A stretch of DNA of 64,000 nucleotides, from the NCBI GenBank assembly GCA_965228895.1, contig OZ245842.1, positions 5,216,001 through 5,280,000 of the forward strand, read 5' to 3'. The notes beneath the pieces are model-generated. The model was given only the letters and a program-made list of their open reading frames with translations. It ran no database searches and was not told the origin of the DNA. The stretch is from Alphaproteobacteria bacterium. GTDB taxonomy: Bacteria; Pseudomonadota; Alphaproteobacteria; SP197. Numbering within the stretch: position 1 is the first letter of the stretch; each line of letters opens with the position of its first letter. Positions 1 through 11,162 of the stretch are shown here, one piece after another. A program made the translations under genes and the position numbers.

Positions 1-723
1 CGAGAAGATGGCGTGGCCGGCTTTGAGCCAATGTACGTCGACATCGACGAGCCCCGCGTCTTTCAGCCAGGTGAGTTGATCGACCAGCGTTGACGGCTGG
101 TCGACCGGGTCCGGTTCGGGCACGCCATAGTGGTTCCACTCGTCCTCGCGGAAGAAGTCGAGCATCTTCTCGTTGCCGTCGAGCGCCAGGGAACGCTCCC
201 GAACCCCGTCATCCCAATGGCGCGCCCACAGATCCTTGGTTTCCCCGGTGCACGGTTCGAGGAGGTCGCAGATGACAAAGACGCCGCCCGGCGCGAGTGC
301 TGCGGCGATGTCCTTGGAGAGTTGCGCCTTGCCGGGACCGTCAAGGTGATGGATCGCCAGAGACGACACCACCGCGTGGAATGGCTGGTCGAACGTGCGC
401 CATGCCGTATCGGCGATGTCGAACAGCTTGGTCGTATGCTGCCCGCCGTGCTTGGCGAGCTTGTCGGCGGTCGAAGCCAACATGGCTTCCGATCCGTCAT
501 AGGCGTGGACCGTGGCATCCGGAAAGCGGGTCGCCAGAGCCTCGGCCAGCAGACCTTCGCCGCTGCACAGCTCCAGCATGTGCACCACACCGTTTGCCGG
601 CGGGATCACACTGACGATGGTGTCAATCTGCACATCACGTTCCGGCACGAAGTAGGCGCCGTAGTCGATGAAGTGCTGGGAATCGTTTTCGGACCAGACG
701 GTTCCGTCTTTTGTCTCGGCCAT
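1..723 (-). CDS. Class I SAM-dependent methyltransferase (3' end runs off window)
   Basis: Manual translation from ATG at 723: MAETKDGTVWSENDSQHFIDYG...MLELCSGEG (motif I)...YDGSEAML...VVSSLAIHHL...LAPGGVFVICD. No stop before base 1, so it is absent from the ORF track. Confidence 0.85.
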   Translation of the reverse strand, partial: MAETKDGTVWSENDSQHFIDYGAYFVPERDVQIDTIVSVIPPANGVVHMLELCSGEGLLAEALATRFPDATVHAYDGSEAMLASTADKLAKHGGQHTTKLFDIADTAWRTFDQPFHAVVSSLAIHHLDGPGKAQLSKDIAAALAPGGVFVICDLLEPCTGETKDLWARHWDDGVRERSLALDGNEKMLDFFREDEWNHYGVPEPDPVDQPSTLVDQLTWLKDAGLVDVDVHWLKAGHAIFS

Positions 724-988
724 GGTCTTGTCTCCAATGCGTTCGTCTGTCGGTTTCGGATGTTTCCAGCCGACTGACGAGCCAACGCCCCGTCAAGCCA
801 GCTGCGGGCAGATCGCCCAACGGGTTCGTCGTACGGCGTGGCGCCGTCGTCGCATCATAAGATGTCAGGTGGGTTCAGATCGTACTTCGCCAGGTCATGG
901 TTACTCTCCGTTGAGGGTGGAACGGAGCCAATCATGCCGGCTATTGGTCCCGCCTCAAGGTCCATTTGGGGCAAACTAAGGGATCCAA

Positions 989-2386
989 TTAGAGGTTGGG
1001 ATGGCGATGGTAGAGCGGATGGGCGGTTTCGAAGGCCTGCGCGGCTCTTAGCACCAGGGCGTCCTCGTAGCGCCGCCCGACGATCTGCAGGCCGATGGGC
1101 AGGCCGCCGGCGCTGAAGCCGCAGGGGACGGTGATCGCCGGCTGTTTGGTCGCGTTGAACGGGCCGACGAGGACCTCGTAGTTGTCGGTCTCCATGCCCC
1201 AATCCGGCGGATGGTCATGGCCGTTGGGGAAGGGCAGGACGGTGCAGGCGGGCGTCAGCAGGAGATCGAAACGGCGATGGAAGTCGATCATGACGCGCGC
1301 CATCTCGCCGCGCCGGCGGTCGGCGTCCAGCAGATCGCCGGCGGGAAGGTCGCGCCCCATCTCTGCTGACTCGAGCATCTCATGGCCCAGTCTTGCCCGC
1401 TGTTCTGCCGGCATGACATCGACGGACGCGGCGGCCAGACCGTGCCACAAAACGTCGAACCATGGTGTCGGGTCCTCAAACGGCGGATCCGCTTCCTCGA
1501 CGGTCGCGCCGAGGCTCTTGAAGATATCGATCGCCTGACGGCAGGCGGCGGCGATCTCCGGGTCGACCGGCGCAAAGCCCAGATTGCCGCTATAAGCGAT
1601 CTGAAGCCCGGCGACGCCGTCGTCGAGACCGGCGACATAGTCGCAGCCGTCATCGGGCAGCGCGTGCCAATCGGTGGGGTCATAACGCGCGATCAGGTTC
1701 ATGGTCATGGCGGTGTCGCGCACGGTGTGCGAGACCGGGCCGCTCGCCGAGAGCTGGCCGAAGTCGTTGCCGTGATCCTGGGGCACGCGGCCGAAGGTCG
1801 CTTTGATGCCGACCAGACTGCAGAAAGCCGCCGGCGTTCGGATCGAACCGCCGCCGTCGCTGCCGATCGAGATCGGGCCGCAGCCGGCGGCGACCGCCGC
1901 GACGCTGCCGCCGGACGATCCACCGGGCGTGCGCCCGGTATCCCAGGGATTGACGGTGAGCCCGGTCAGCGGGCTGTTGGTGATGCCGGAATTGCCGAAC
2001 TCCGGCGTTGTCGTTTTGCCGATCAGCACCACGCCGCCTTCCCGGAGTCTGGCGACCAGCGGGGCGTCGCGGTCCCATGGACCGGCGGGATCGACCGCCA
2101 AGCTGCCGCACAGCGTCGGCCAGCCCCTGGTCTCGATCAGATCCTTGATGGAGATCGGCACGCCGTCGAGCGGCGACAGCGGCGATCCGGCCGCCCATCG
2201 TTCCTCGGACGCCTTGGCGGCGGCGAGCGCGGCGTCGTCATCGCGCAGACAGAACGCGTTGAGGATCGGGTCGACCTGATCGATCCGGTCCAGTACCGCT
2301 TGTGTCACCTCAACCGGCGACAGTGTTTGCGCGCCATAACCTGCAGCCAGATCAGATGCGCTTTGCCAGATGATGTCGTCGCTCAT
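989..2386 (-). CDS. Amidase signature family protein (GatA-like)
   Basis: GVPISIKD, GKTTTPEFG, PGGSSGGS, GSDGGGSIRTPA amidase-signature motifs. Confidence 0.95.
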   Translation of the reverse strand: MSDDIIWQSASDLAAGYGAQTLSPVEVTQAVLDRIDQVDPILNAFCLRDDDAALAAAKASEERWAAGSPLSPLDGVPISIKDLIETRGWPTLCGSLAVDPAGPWDRDAPLVARLREGGVVLIGKTTTPEFGNSGITNSPLTGLTVNPWDTGRTPGGSSGGSVAAVAAGCGPISIGSDGGGSIRTPAAFCSLVGIKATFGRVPQDHGNDFGQLSASGPVSHTVRDTAMTMNLIARYDPTDWHALPDDGCDYVAGLDDGVAGLQIAYSGNLGFAPVDPEIAAACRQAIDIFKSLGATVEEADPPFEDPTPWFDVLWHGLAAASVDVMPAEQRARLGHEMLESAEMGRDLPAGDLLDADRRRGEMARVMIDFHRRFDLLLTPACTVLPFPNGHDHPPDWGMETDNYEVLVGPFNATKQPAITVPCGFSAGGLPIGLQIVGRRYEDALVLRAAQAFETAHPLYHRHPNL

Positions 2387-3096
2387 ACCCGAAGAGACTG
2401 TGTCATCGCTCCCAGCGATTGTTTCTGGTTGCCCGCGTCATCGAAGTTCGCGCGGTCAAGCCAGGATTCGAAACAATCGCCCACGGCCGGCCACTCCTCG
2501 GCGAGTAACGAAAACCACGCGCTGTCGCGGTTGTGACCATCGACGATCATGTGGCGGAAGAATACGCCTTCGAACGCAAAGCCCAAACGCAAAGCGGCCG
2601 ACCGCGACTTTTTGTTGAGCGCGTTGCACTTCCACTCAAGGCGGCGATAACCCAGATCGTCAAACGCCTGGCGCATGACCAGATAGAGCGCCTCCGTTGC
2701 CGCCGGCGTGCGCTGGAGGAAGGGGGCGAACCAGATATGGCCGATCTCGATCGAGGCGTTGGCCGGCACGATGTTGAGGTAGCTCAAAACGCCGGCCAGC
2801 CGGTCGGGGTTCAACGTGCGCACCGCATAGAAGATCGGATCGAACGAGGTGGCCGCCTGGGTCAGCCAGCGGCCATAATCCGCGCTGTCGGCGAACGGGC
2901 CATAGGGCAGATAGTGCCAGATTTCATCGGCGCCGTCCCCCTCATGCCCGGCCCGATAGAGCCCATCGGCATGATCGCGCGGATTGATCGGCTCAAGGCG
3001 CACCAGCGTGCCCTCGATCGGTGCGCGCGCGGGGATCAGGCATACCTGGTCCGCCACCGCATCGCCGTGTTCCCGGCGGGGTGGAAGTTTTGTCAT
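2383..3096 (-). CDS. GNAT family N-acetyltransferase (RimJ/RimL type)
   Basis: IEIGHIWF, LGYRRLEWKCNALN, AALRLGFAFEG. Start taken at ATG 3096; stop overlaps the amidase start. Confidence 0.9.
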   Translation of the reverse strand: MTKLPPRREHGDAVADQVCLIPARAPIEGTLVRLEPINPRDHADGLYRAGHEGDGADEIWHYLPYGPFADSADYGRWLTQAATSFDPIFYAVRTLNPDRLAGVLSYLNIVPANASIEIGHIWFAPFLQRTPAATEALYLVMRQAFDDLGYRRLEWKCNALNKKSRSAALRLGFAFEGVFFRHMIVDGHNRDSAWFSLLAEEWPAVGDCFESWLDRANFDDAGNQKQSLGAMTQSLRV

Positions 3097-3116
3097 GGGT
3101 CGAAGACTGCTCCGAA

Positions 3117-3165
3117 ATTGGACTTGTCTCAAGGGCCAATAGGCCTAACTAATGGGTGCCAATAG
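3117..3165. promoter_or_regulatory. Putative MocR/GabR-family operator between divergent genes
   Basis: GCCAATAG direct repeat at 3135-3142 and 3158-3165, plus inverted ATTGG at 3117-3121. Direct plus inverted repeats are typical of MocR-family operators. Confidence 0.5.
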
Positions 3166-3177
3166 AGGTCACCTCCC

Positions 3178-4662
3178 ATGGCCAAGACCGCATCCGACAA
3201 CCCCGTCCTGCCGCTTGCCTTCGACAGGTCGTTGCCGGAACCGCTGCACCGCCAGCTTTATGACCAGCTCTGCGCGCTGATCCTGGCCGGCCGCTTGCCG
3301 CCCGGCATTCGCCTGCCGTCGTCGCGCACGTTGGCGGCCGATCACGGGGTGTCTCGCAATACCGTCGTCAGCGCCTACGACCAACTGCTGGCCGAAGGCT
3401 ATGTCTCGGGCACGGTTGGTTCGGGAACCTATGTCTCGACCGTCCTGCCCGATGATCTCTTATCGGCGCGCGCAGCGGAGCCCGCCGGTCATGACGTCAC
3501 GACCGGCGAACCGTCGGCGCGGGGCCGCCGCCTTCAGGCCATGGCGCCATTGCGCAATCGGCGGCACCAGGCTTTTCTGGCCGGGGTCCCCGACCTCGAA
3601 CATTTCCCGTTCGATCAGTGGGCGCGTCTCTTGAACCTGGCCTGGCGCCGGCCCGACAGGGCGCTTCTGGTCGGCAACGATCCCGGTGGCTATGCGCCGC
3701 TGCGCCGCGCCATCGCCGGCTATCTGTGGACGGTGCGCGCCGTGCGCTGCGCGCCCGAGCAGGTCGTCATCGTCGCCGGTGCGCAACAGGGCATTGGCTT
3801 GGCGGCGAACGTGTTGCTTGACCACGGTGACGCCGTCTGGATCGAAGACCCCAGTTACTCGGGCGTACGCAGCGCCCTGGCCGGTGCCGGCGTCAAGACT
3901 GTCGCGGTTCAAATCGACGATCAGGGCATCGACGTTACCGAAGGCGAAAAGCGCTCGCCCGGCGCGCGGTTGGTCTGTGTCACGCCGTCGCATCACTTTC
4001 CTTTGGGTGTCACCATGAGTCTTGGCCGCCGACTGGAACTGCTCGACTGGGCCGAGCGCAACGACGCATGGGTGCTGGAGGACGACTATGACAGCGAGTT
4101 CCGTTACGCCGGCCGGCCGTTGGCCTCGCTGCAGGGGCTCGACCGGTCCGGCCGGGTTATCTATGCCGGCAGTTTTTCCAAGGTGATGTTTCCGTCGCTC
4201 CGTCTTGGTTATCTCGTCGTCCCGACCGGACTGGTCGACGTCTTCCGCCGGGTACGCTCGGCGCTCGACGATCATCCGCCGTCGATCGCGCAGCCGGCGC
4301 TGGCGCGTTTTATCGAGGACGGTCACTTCGCATCTCACATCCGTCGTATGCGTCGCCTCTATGGTGCCCGGCAGGAGGCACTGCTTGACGCTGCCGCCCG
4401 GCATTGGAAGGGGTTGTTGGACGTTCAGTCCGACGACGCCGGCATGCATCTGGTGGCCTGGCTCAGCGAAGAGGTTCGCAAGCGCATGAGCGACCGCGAG
4501 GCGTCCGCCCTGGCCTTTGACCACAACGTGACGACCCAACCGCTTTCCGGGTTCGCGTCGCGCACGGATCTGCGTCAAGGACTGGCGCTGGGCTATGCCG
4601 CGATCCCCGAAGAGGAGATCGAAGCCGGCGCGCTGCGGCTGGCCGAGGCGCTGAGTCCTTAG
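3178..4662 (+). CDS. MocR/GabR family transcriptional regulator (GntR HTH + PLP aminotransferase-like domain)
   Basis: LPSSRTLAADHGVSRNTV HTH; EDDYDSEFRY; GSFSKVMFPSLRLGY. Confidence 0.95.
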   Translation: MAKTASDNPVLPLAFDRSLPEPLHRQLYDQLCALILAGRLPPGIRLPSSRTLAADHGVSRNTVVSAYDQLLAEGYVSGTVGSGTYVSTVLPDDLLSARAAEPAGHDVTTGEPSARGRRLQAMAPLRNRRHQAFLAGVPDLEHFPFDQWARLLNLAWRRPDRALLVGNDPGGYAPLRRAIAGYLWTVRAVRCAPEQVVIVAGAQQGIGLAANVLLDHGDAVWIEDPSYSGVRSALAGAGVKTVAVQIDDQGIDVTEGEKRSPGARLVCVTPSHHFPLGVTMSLGRRLELLDWAERNDAWVLEDDYDSEFRYAGRPLASLQGLDRSGRVIYAGSFSKVMFPSLRLGYLVVPTGLVDVFRRVRSALDDHPPSIAQPALARFIEDGHFASHIRRMRRLYGARQEALLDAAARHWKGLLDVQSDDAGMHLVAWLSEEVRKRMSDREASALAFDHNVTTQPLSGFASRTDLRQGLALGYAAIPEEEIEAGALRLAEALSP

Positions 4663-4681
4663 GCCTGATAAACGTCGAAAC

Positions 4682-5704
4682 TCAACTCATGTAAGCCTCG
4701 GCGTGGATACCAACCCCGTCGGCCGCCTTGACGATGCCGTTCCAGACGCCGTCGACAACCGGCACGCCGGTTTTCTTACGTTCCGCCCGTAAACGGCGCT
4801 CCGGTTCGCCGGGGATCATGACCGCGTCGACACCGGATACCGCCGGTACTGCCTTGACCTTGGCCAGCACGTCTTCGGCATCGCGCTCGTAACCGCCGCC
4901 CGGCCGGACATGGGTGATGTCGATACCGATTATCAGCCAGTTGTATTCCAAGGGGTTTGATAGAAGCGCGTAGCCGACGAGCTCAGCGATCAGCGCCATG
5001 CCGTAACCCTTCGGCCCCGCCGCGGGCAGGATGGCGCCGCCGGCATAGAAGTCCTCGACGTCGGATGTCGGCAGGCCGTCGCGGTCGACAATGTGACCGG
5101 GCGGAACCGCATCGCCCTTGGCCCGCGCGACCGCCAGCTTGCCTTGCGCGGTGGCCGATGTCGCGAAGTCGACGACGACATTGCCGTGTTTGCCGCCCGG
5201 CATGGCAAAGGCGTAGGGATTGGTGCCGAGCAAGCCGCGGGCACCGCCGAAGGGCGTTACGATTGGCCATTCCTGATGACCGCCGCCGCCCAGGATCATC
5301 GCCATCATGTTGTGATCGGCGAGCGCGTCGGCATAGGCGCCGATGCGTCCGGTGTGGCCGCAGTTGGTGACGGCAGCGACAGCAATGCCCGACCCGCCAA
5401 CCGCCGCGACGAGTTGGTCGACGGCCAGTTCCATGGCGGCGATGCCGAAGCCGCCGGCGCCGTTGACCCGCAGCACGTTGCCTTCCTGGCCATGCAGGAC
5501 TGGCTCGGCATTGGCGTCGATAAAGCCCGATGCCATCAAGTCCAGGTAATAGGGGATACGGTTGACGCCGTGGGACTCGACGCCGCGCATGTTGCACTCG
5601 ACCAGATGGCTGGCGACGGAGGCCGCAATTGCCTGGCTGGCGCCTGCGGCACGCAGCGTATCTTCGGTCAGCTGTCGCAGACGATCGGCGGCAACAACGG
5701 GCAT
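4682..5704 (-). CDS. Ldh_2 family (malate/L-lactate/ureidoglycolate-type) oxidoreductase
   Basis: RGVESHGV, HTGRIG, GTNPYAFA, DFATS, GPKGYG, IPGEPE. Confidence 0.9.
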   Translation of the reverse strand: MPVVAADRLRQLTEDTLRAAGASQAIAASVASHLVECNMRGVESHGVNRIPYYLDLMASGFIDANAEPVLHGQEGNVLRVNGAGGFGIAAMELAVDQLVAAVGGSGIAVAAVTNCGHTGRIGAYADALADHNMMAMILGGGGHQEWPIVTPFGGARGLLGTNPYAFAMPGGKHGNVVVDFATSATAQGKLAVARAKGDAVPPGHIVDRDGLPTSDVEDFYAGGAILPAAGPKGYGMALIAELVGYALLSNPLEYNWLIIGIDITHVRPGGGYERDAEDVLAKVKAVPAVSGVDAVMIPGEPERRLRAERKKTGVPVVDGVWNGIVKAADGVGIHAEAYMS

Positions 5705-5854
5705 GGCGAAAACCTTCTTGGTACGGGTGGCGCTGCGAGAACGATGATGCCTTGGGACCGACGCGCGTGCTACCGATCGATGATGACGGCACAACACATT
5801 GGCCGCAGCGACGCGGACCGCTAGAGTCCGGGCGTGTGTGACGGGAGAACCACC

Positions 5855-6829
5855 ATGGTGGAAGACCGCGGCGATTTCACATTCAGGGCGCCATCGCTCT
5901 ATGGCACCGCTGACGACATCACCTATGCCGGCGCTCTGTCGTTTCTCAGGCGCCGCTACACGCGCGATCTGGCGGGTGTTGATGTCGTTGTCTCCGGCAT
6001 TCCCTACGATCTCGGCACGTCGAACCGGCCGGGCAGCCGGTTCGGGCCGCGCGCTATCCGTCAGGCGTCAACCCACATCGCCTGGGGGCCGCAATGGCCC
6101 TATGACTTCGACCCGCTGCATCGTCTCGCCGTCATCGACTGGGGCGATCATGCCTTCGACATCGGCTATCCCGAGCGCATGACGACATCGGTCGAGACGA
6201 GCACGCTAGGTTTTTTCAAGGCCGGCTGCTTCCCGATGACCATGGGTGGCGATCATTTCGTCACCTATCCGCTGTTGCGCGCCGCCGCCAAGCACCACGG
6301 CGAGGGTCTGTCGCTGATTCATTTCGACGCTCATACCGACACGTCGCGCACCGACAACCTGAACCACGGCTCGATGTTCTATCACGGGACCAAGGAGGGG
6401 CTGATCGATCCCGCGCGCTCGATCCACATGGGGATCCGCATGCATGTCAGCTACGACGACGGCTTCAACGTCATCGACGGCTGGCAGATGCAGCAGCGTT
6501 CTGTCGACGACATCGGTGCTCAGATCCGCGACGTCGTGGGCGACAACAAGGCCTATGTCACCTTTGATATCGATTTCCTGGACCCCGCCTACGCGCCGGG
6601 CACCGGGACGCCGGTCGTCGGCGGCCCGACCACGACCGTGGCGCTTGATGTGCTGAGGCACCTTCAGGGCCTTGATCTCATCGGCATGGATCTGGTCGAG
6701 GTCGCGCCGGAATACGATGTCGGCGAATGCACCTCGCTGGCCGGCGCGTCGATCCTGTACCAGATGCTCCACGTCCTGGCCCAAGACCGGCCGGTCATGA
6801 TCGAGCCCGATGGCGAGGGTGGCGGCTGA
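5855..6829 (+). CDS. speB: Agmatinase / ureohydrolase
   Basis: RPGSRFGPRAIR, GGDH, DAHTD, TFDIDFLDPAYAPGTGTP metal-binding motifs. Exact substrate uncertain. Confidence 0.85.
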   Translation: MVEDRGDFTFRAPSLYGTADDITYAGALSFLRRRYTRDLAGVDVVVSGIPYDLGTSNRPGSRFGPRAIRQASTHIAWGPQWPYDFDPLHRLAVIDWGDHAFDIGYPERMTTSVETSTLGFFKAGCFPMTMGGDHFVTYPLLRAAAKHHGEGLSLIHFDAHTDTSRTDNLNHGSMFYHGTKEGLIDPARSIHMGIRMHVSYDDGFNVIDGWQMQQRSVDDIGAQIRDVVGDNKAYVTFDIDFLDPAYAPGTGTPVVGGPTTTVALDVLRHLQGLDLIGMDLVEVAPEYDVGECTSLAGASILYQMLHVLAQDRPVMIEPDGEGGG

Positions 6830-6903
6830 TCGGCGAAAACAATATAGCAATAATTTGCTTTTCAAATTAGCTTGGTCCGACCGACTCAAGAAGGAGACCA
6901 GCC

Positions 6904-7590
6904 ATGATCCACACGGCTCTTGTCACCGGCGCCAATCGTGGAATCGGTTTTGAGATCTGCCGTCAGCTTGGCGCGGCCGGCCACAAGGTGGTCCTGGGCG
7001 CACGCGATCCCAGCCAGGGTGACGCAGCGGCCCAGGAGCTTCGCGATCAAGGTCACGATGTCACGGCGGTGGCGCTGGACGTGGCCGATGAGGCGTCGGT
7101 GGAAGCCTGTGCCTCGGCCCTGACGGCCCAAGGGGCCGAGGTCGACATTCTGATCAACAATGCGGGATTTCTGGCAGAGGGCGACCTGCTCACCGGTCCC
7201 CACGCGATGGAGGAGGCGATTGCCGTCAACCTGATGGGACCGCTCAGGACGGCGCGCGCCTTCATGCCGGCCATGGAGAAACGCGGTTGGGGGCGCGTCG
7301 TCAACGTTTCGTCGGCCTGGGGGTCGTTCGCCCGGGACCTGGAGGGTCCGGCCGCCTATGCCATCACCAAGGCCGCGCTGAACGCGCTGACCGTGCGTCT
7401 GGCGCGCGAGGCCGGCAACGGCGTCAAGGTCAACAGCATCGATCCGGGCTGGGTGCAAACCCGCATGGGCGGCGCGGATGCCCATCGCACGGTCGAGCAG
7501 GGTGCCGATACCGCGGTCTGGCTCGCCACGCTTCCCGATGACGGCCCGACCGGCGGGTTTTTCCACGACCGCAAGCCGGCCGCGTGGTGA
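6904..7590 (+). CDS. Short-chain dehydrogenase/reductase (carbonyl reductase-like)
   Basis: TGANRGIG, NNAG, YxxxK (YAITK), PGWVQTRMG. Confidence 0.92.
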   Translation: MIHTALVTGANRGIGFEICRQLGAAGHKVVLGARDPSQGDAAAQELRDQGHDVTAVALDVADEASVEACASALTAQGAEVDILINNAGFLAEGDLLTGPHAMEEAIAVNLMGPLRTARAFMPAMEKRGWGRVVNVSSAWGSFARDLEGPAAYAITKAALNALTVRLAREAGNGVKVNSIDPGWVQTRMGGADAHRTVEQGADTAVWLATLPDDGPTGGFFHDRKPAAW

Positions 7591-7637
7591 TGGCCGCGCT
7601 GTGCTAGACTAAGCCGGCATTTGGAGGATGGAGAGCC

Positions 7638-8216
7638 ATGAACAAGGTGAGCTTCGCGCACATGGCCGACGGCACGGCCGAGGACTACCAAATCATTGCC
7701 GAGGCGACGGCCAAATCGAGCGAGCCCCTGGCCGACGATCTCCTGGCGCTGCTCCAGGTCAACGAGCGCGTCGACTTCGGTTTCAAGGTGACGCGTCTGG
7801 AACATGCGTTGCAGGCAGCCACCCACGCCTTCCAAGACAATCAAGACGAGGAGATGGTGGTCGCGGCACTGATGCACGATATCGCCGACACCATCGCGCC
7901 GTTCAACCATGCGGAGACGGCCGCGGCTATCCTCAGGCCCTATGTCTCCGAACGCACGGCCTGGGTCGTCGAGCAGCACGGCTTCTTCCAGACCTATTAC
8001 TACAACCACTTCTTCGACCGTGACCGCAACGCGCGCGACTGCCTGAAAGGCCACCCGCACTTTCAGGCCTGCGTCGACTTCTGCGAGAAATACGATCAGA
8101 ACGCGTTCGATCCGAACTTCCAATCGATGCCACTCGAATCATTCGAGCCGATGGTCCGGCGCGTCTTCGCACGCACACCCGACTTCTTCGCCGACGCCAA
8201 CAACAGCGCGGCCTGA
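7638..8216 (+). CDS. HD-domain protein (PhnZ/TmpB-like di-iron family)
   Basis: TRLEHALQAA...VAALMHDI...NHAE...QH...YD motif pattern. Confidence 0.8.
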   Translation: MNKVSFAHMADGTAEDYQIIAEATAKSSEPLADDLLALLQVNERVDFGFKVTRLEHALQAATHAFQDNQDEEMVVAALMHDIADTIAPFNHAETAAAILRPYVSERTAWVVEQHGFFQTYYYNHFFDRDRNARDCLKGHPHFQACVDFCEKYDQNAFDPNFQSMPLESFEPMVRRVFARTPDFFADANNSAA

Positions 8217-8276
8217 CGCACCAGCCGTGATCATGGCCCCGGATCAAGTCCGGAGCGCTGACCTACCAGGGGCGCG

Positions 8277-10217
8277 TCAGCGGTTCTGGCGGTTGTCGAC
8301 GAGGTCGTCGACGACGCCGGGATCGGCCAATGTTGACGTGTCGCCCAGATTGCCGAAATCGTTCTCGGCGATCTTGCGCAGAATGCGCCGCATGATCTTG
8401 CCCGATCGGGTCTTGGGCAGGCCCGGCGCCCATTGCAGCCAGTCGGGCGAGGCGATCGGGCCGATCTCCTTTCTGACCCACTGCACCAGTTCTTTCTGCA
8501 GGTCGTCGGTCGGGTCTTCGCCGACATTCAAGGTGACATAAGCGTAGATGCCCTGGCCCTTGATGTCGTGGGGCGCGCCGACCACGGCGGCTTCGGCGAC
8601 CTTGGGATGGGCGACCAGCGCGCTCTCGACTTCTGCCGTCCCCATGCGGTGACCGGAGACGTTCAACACATCGTCGACGCGGCCGGTGATCCAGTAATAG
8701 CCGTCATCGTCGCGGCGGGCGCCATCGCCGGTGAAATAGCGGCCGGGATAGGTCGCGAAATAGGTCTGAATGAACCGCTCGTGGTCGCCATAAACCGAGC
8801 GCATCTGGCCGGGCCACGAATCGAGGATGACCAGATTGCCTTCGCACGCGCCGACTTGCGCCTCGCCGTCGTTGTTGACGATCGCCGGTTTGACGCCGAA
8901 GAACGGGCGGGTTGCCGAGCCCGGTTTGAGTTTGGTTGCGCCGGGTAACGGCGTGATCAAGATGCCGCCGGTTTCCGTCTGCCACCAGGTGTCGACGATC
9001 GGGCAGCGGCCGTCGCCGACCACGCGGTGGTACCATTCCCAGGCTTCCGGATTGATCGGCTCACCCACGGAGCCAAGCAGACGCAAGGTCGCGCGGCTGG
9101 TCTTCGTGACGGGCTCGTCACCTTCGCGCATCAGCGCGCGGATGGCCGTCGGCGCGGTGTAGTAGATATTGACCTTGTGTTTGTCGATCACCTGCCAGTG
9201 GCGCGAAGCGTCGGGATAGTTCGGCACGCCTTCGAACATCAGCGTGGTCGCGCCGTTGGCGAGCGGCCCGTAGACGATGTAGCTGTGGCCGGTGACCCAG
9301 CCGACATCGGCGGTGCACCAGTAGATATCGCCATCGTGATAATCGAAGACGTACTGATGCGTCATCGACGCATAGACGATGTAGCCGCCGGTGGTGTGCA
9401 GGACGCCCTTCGGCTTGCCGGTCGAGCCCGAGGTATAAAGGATGAAAAGCGGGTCTTCCGCATTCATGACCTCCGCCGCGCATTCGGCATCGACGCGCTC
9501 CTTGATGTCGTGCCACCAGTGATCGCGGCCGTCCATCATGCCGACATCGGCGCCGGTGCGCTTGACCACCAGCGTGTGCATCACCGACGGGCATGCCGTC
9601 AATGCCTCATCGACATTGGCCTTCAGCGCCACCTTGCGGCCGCCGCGCAGGCCCTCGTCGGCGGTGATGACGATGTTGGAATCGCAGTCCTGAATGCGGT
9701 TGGCGAGCGAATCCGGCGAGAAGCCGCCGAACACCACCGAATGGATCGCGCCGATGCGCGTGCAGGCCAGCATGGCATAGGCGGCCTCCGGGATCATCGG
9801 CATGTAGATCGTGATCCGGTCGTCCTTTTTCGCACCCATCTTGGTGAGCGCGTTGGCCATGCGGCAGGTTTCCTCGAACACCTCGCGGTAGGAGATGTAG
9901 CGGGCGTCTTCGTTGGGATCGTCCGGCTCCCAGATGATCGCGGTCTGGTTGGCGCGGTTGGCGAGATGGCGGTCCAGGCAGTTGGCCGAGACATTCAGCT
10001 TGCCGTCCTCGAACCACTTGATCGAGACGTCGCCGTCATAGCTCGTGTTCTTGACCTTGGTGTAGGGCTCAATCCAGTGGACGCGCTCACCGTGTTCGCG
10101 CCAGAACCCCTCGGGATCATCGATCGACCGCTGGTACATCTGCAGATATTTGTCGTTGTCGACCCAGGCGTGTTTCGCCCATGCGTCGGCTACCGGGTAG
10201 ACGTGCTCCTCGGTCAT
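8277..10217 (-). CDS. acs: Acetyl-CoA synthetase
   Basis: [48 protein letters not shown] before ATG 10217. Confidence 0.97.
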   Translation of the reverse strand: MTEEHVYPVADAWAKHAWVDNDKYLQMYQRSIDDPEGFWREHGERVHWIEPYTKVKNTSYDGDVSIKWFEDGKLNVSANCLDRHLANRANQTAIIWEPDDPNEDARYISYREVFEETCRMANALTKMGAKKDDRITIYMPMIPEAAYAMLACTRIGAIHSVVFGGFSPDSLANRIQDCDSNIVITADEGLRGGRKVALKANVDEALTACPSVMHTLVVKRTGADVGMMDGRDHWWHDIKERVDAECAAEVMNAEDPLFILYTSGSTGKPKGVLHTTGGYIVYASMTHQYVFDYHDGDIYWCTADVGWVTGHSYIVYGPLANGATTLMFEGVPNYPDASRHWQVIDKHKVNIYYTAPTAIRALMREGDEPVTKTSRATLRLLGSVGEPINPEAWEWYHRVVGDGRCPIVDTWWQTETGGILITPLPGATKLKPGSATRPFFGVKPAIVNNDGEAQVGACEGNLVILDSWPGQMRSVYGDHERFIQTYFATYPGRYFTGDGARRDDDGYYWITGRVDDVLNVSGHRMGTAEVESALVAHPKVAEAAVVGAPHDIKGQGIYAYVTLNVGEDPTDDLQKELVQWVRKEIGPIASPDWLQWAPGLPKTRSGKIMRRILRKIAENDFGNLGDTSTLADPGVVDDLVDNRQNR

Positions 10218-10363
10218 GCTGCGATCCTCCCTCAAACGGCGTGTTGACCTGCCGTATACACGATTCGTCCTGGCATTGTTGCCACAATGGACGGCGCGGG
10301 CAAGAATCCGCGGCCCCACGACTCACCCCAACAGCCGCCCGATCCGGGCAGGAGTTTCATGCG

Positions 10364-11110
10364 ATGCAGCTTCATTTGAGTACCTGGCAAGAAGTCGAGA
10401 CCTACCTCAAGCGATCGACCGGCATTGTCCTGCCCATCGGCTCGACCGAACAGCATGGTCCCAACGGGCTTGTCGGTACCGATGCGATCTGCCCCGAGGT
10501 GGTCGCCAAGGGCCTTGGTGAGGCGGCTGACGCCATGGTGGCGCCGACCATCAGTGTCGGCATCGCCCAGCATCACCTGGGCTTCGCGGGCTCCATGTGC
10601 CTGCGGCCGTCCACTTTGATCGCTGTCATGCGCGACTACGTGATGTCGCTCGCCAAACACGGCTTCGACCGGTTCTTCTTTCTGAACGGCCACGGCGGCA
10701 ACATCGCGACCATCCACGCCGGGTTCGCGGAAATCCATTCCGACATCAGTCTGGAGGCGTGGCAGAGCAATCGGCCGATCCGCTGTGCGTCGAAAAACTG
10801 GTGGGACGGCGAGGGCGTCAGCAAGCTGGGCGAGGAACTCTATGGCGACGACGAGGGTCAGCACGCGACCTGCAGCGAGGTGTCGCTGACGCAATTCGCC
10901 TATCCCGACTCGATCAAGAACGTGAACTTTGAATCCCGCGCGCCAGCCTATAGCGGCATTCATGACGCCGATGACTACCGGCAGCGCTACCCGGACGGCC
11001 GCATCGGCAGCCTGCCCTCGCTCTCGACGCCGGAACACGGGCGCCAGTTCTACGAACTCGCAGTCGAAGATCTGGCCGTGTCGTATCAGAAGTTTCTCGA
11101 CGAAGCGTGA
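10364..11110 (+). CDS. Creatininase family protein
   Basis: PIGSTEQHGP, NGHGGN, HA..E motifs. Confidence 0.9.
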   Translation: MQLHLSTWQEVETYLKRSTGIVLPIGSTEQHGPNGLVGTDAICPEVVAKGLGEAADAMVAPTISVGIAQHHLGFAGSMCLRPSTLIAVMRDYVMSLAKHGFDRFFFLNGHGGNIATIHAGFAEIHSDISLEAWQSNRPIRCASKNWWDGEGVSKLGEELYGDDEGQHATCSEVSLTQFAYPDSIKNVNFESRAPAYSGIHDADDYRQRYPDGRIGSLPSLSTPEHGRQFYELAVEDLAVSYQKFLDEA

Positions 11111-11162
11111 GTGACCCGGCCGTGTCCCCGACCCTGCCAGCCACAAGAATGGAGAGAGCGCC

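Noticed and set aside
130-777. 215-aa + strand ORF and similar long antisense ORFs (1382-2536, 9027-10247, 17159-18646, 22046-23572, 47823-49292, 60952-62208)
   Set aside because: These are shadow frames of well-supported opposite-strand genes, expected in high-GC DNA.
6846-6859. AGCAA-TAAT-TTGCT palindrome upstream of the SDR gene
   Set aside because: It is short, lies in an AT-rich spacer and has no assignable regulator, so it could be chance.
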